Assembly: GCA_963929535.1 (NCBI GenBank)
Contig: CAWVIZ010000009.1
Span: forward strand, 150,433 to 214,432
DNA length: 64,000 nt
Source: an uncultured Lachnospiraceae bacterium
GTDB lineage: Bacteria > Bacillota > Clostridia > Lachnospirales > Lachnospiraceae
Direction: 5' to 3'
The translations under genes were made by a program, and so were the position numbers. Position 1 is the first letter of the stretch. Each line of letters begins with the position of its first letter. The notes under the pieces were generated by a model, which was not told the DNA's origin, ran no database searches, and saw only the letters and a list, made by a program, of their open reading frames with translations. Shown piece by piece: positions 63,061 to 64,000 of the stretch.

Positions 63061-64000
63061 TGTCGGGCTAAACGGACACCTGTGCCATATTCGGCGGACA
63101 GTCTGAGACATAATTAGCGGACAAGTAGGGACACATTAACCGGACAATAGATCTTCAGATATAATAAGTGCATCTCCTTAAAATGGAGAAATATTATATC
63201 TGGAGGTCCTACTATGGATTACAAAAAAGTACTAAGGCTTCACTTTGTGAACCATCTCAGCTGCCGTGAAATCGCCGAAAGCTGCGGCGACTGCAGCAAA
63301 ACAACTGTCAATGAGTTTCTGAAACGCTTCAGAGAGAATCCGGAGCTTTCATACCCTTTACCGGCAGATGTCACGAATGAATACATCGGAAACATGCTTT
63401 ATAAAAAGCCTGGTGTATCGGTAGATCAGCTCCTCTACCGGAATTTTAACAAGGAAGCTGTCTACAAGGCTCTGGCCCGCAAAGGAGAGACCCTGAAGCA
63501 TCTGTGGCAGAAATACAATGCTATAGGTGTCGTAGACGGGAAGAAGCCAATGAGCTATCGCCAGTACTGCAGGCGTTACAGCGAATGGGCTGATTCCAAA
63601 CAGCTGACCTTCCACATCCAGCGTTATCCCGGTGTCAATCTCGAACTGGACTACGCAGGGAAGCAGCTCTATCTGCATAACCGCCGGAACCCGGATGAGA
63701 CCACAAAGGTCACGATCTTTATCGCTGCCCTCACCTACAGTGATTACTTTTACGCTGAAGGAATGACCGAATGCGATATCCGGAACTGGATCCGGGTCAA
63801 TAATAATGCTCTGACCTATTTTGGCGGCGTGACACCAACGATCACCCCGGATAATTGCAAAGTAGCAGTTGCCCGGAACAAGGACTGGATCAGCCCTGTC
63901 CTGAATAAAGATTTCCAGGCATGGGCAGAACATAACAATACGGTTTTAACCCCTGCCAAAGTGAAATCCCCCCGCTGGAAACCAGTCGTGGAAGGCCACG
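63061..64000 (+). mobile_element. IS21-family insertion sequence, left end and start of istA (continues beyond the window)
   Basis: Candidate terminus TGTCGGGC at about 63061. Four direct CGGACA repeats at about 63073, 63095, 63118 and 63141, with 22-23 bp spacing, are typical of the multiple terminal repeats of IS21 elements. The istA-like ORF follows. Confidence 0.6.
63214..64000 (+). CDS. istA: IS21-family transposase IstA, N-terminal 262 codons (open at the window edge; absent from the ORF track because it has no stop)
   Basis: My own translation: MDYKKVLRLHFVNHLSCREIAESCG (HTH) ... LELDYAGKQLYL ... VTIFIAALTYSDYFYAEGM ... WIRVNNNALTYFGGVTPTITPDNCKVAV ... matches the IstA DDE-region layout. 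GGAGG lies 7 nt upstream. Confidence 0.8.
   Translation, partial: MDYKKVLRLHFVNHLSCREIAESCGDCSKTTVNEFLKRFRENPELSYPLPADVTNEYIGNMLYKKPGVSVDQLLYRNFNKEAVYKALARKGETLKHLWQKYNAIGVVDGKKPMSYRQYCRRYSEWADSKQLTFHIQRYPGVNLELDYAGKQLYLHNRRNPDETTKVTIFIAALTYSDYFYAEGMTECDIRNWIRVNNNALTYFGGVTPTITPDNCKVAVARNKDWISPVLNKDFQAWAEHNNTVLTPAKVKSPRWKPVVEGH

Noticed and set aside
63073-63146. Regularly spaced CGGACA repeats as a possible mini-CRISPR or iteron array
   Set aside because: The repeat unit is only 6 bp with 22-23 bp spacing and only four copies, directly upstream of an IstA gene. This fits IS21 multiple terminal repeats.

Overview
This is a chromosomal segment from a spore-forming Firmicute, probably Clostridia (Lachnospiraceae/Oscillospiraceae-like). 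The taxonomy is inferred from gene content and is not verified. GC content is visibly high and most genes lie on the minus strand.

All product calls come from motifs I recognise in the supplied translations. No similarity search was possible.

Positions 1-56000 are mostly housekeeping genes:
- an ECF-type transporter module and an ABC-F ATPase
- ogt
- a citrate synthase-like/GntR/icd operon
- two subtilases followed by a Cys/Gly-rich tiny membrane peptide
- cinA-pgsA-rimO-rpoZ-gmk-remA-yicC
- rqcH and a P-type ATPase
- leuS and pheST, each behind a T-box leader
- an EF-G paralog
- aroF-tyrA-aroA
- spoIID, galM, thrC and a SleB-like hydrolase

Positions 56300-64000 are a pile-up of mobile elements:
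- a small DUF6431/DDE-transposase/AAA-ATPase transposon
- inside its transposase gene, a 3.5 kb AT-rich element with three tandem tyrosine recombinases (recombinase-in-trio architecture), bounded by 84-bp near-perfect inverted repeats
- the left end of an IS21-family IS, which runs off the window

Observations most worth follow-up:
- the nested trio-recombinase element and its array of TTATGTAAA sites
- the 80-aa, 13-cysteine duplicated tiny-TM peptide next to a Csp-like protease
- a low-GC islet carrying a truncated-methyltransferase/phospholipase-C-like fusion ORF
- a hairpin repeat placed exactly 31 nt upstream of two promoters
- about 260 nt of extra repeat-rich leader between the pheS T-box terminator and pheS
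- a strongly promoted, highly structured ~370-nt RNA region between thrC and galM

I found no CRISPR array, rRNA or tRNA.
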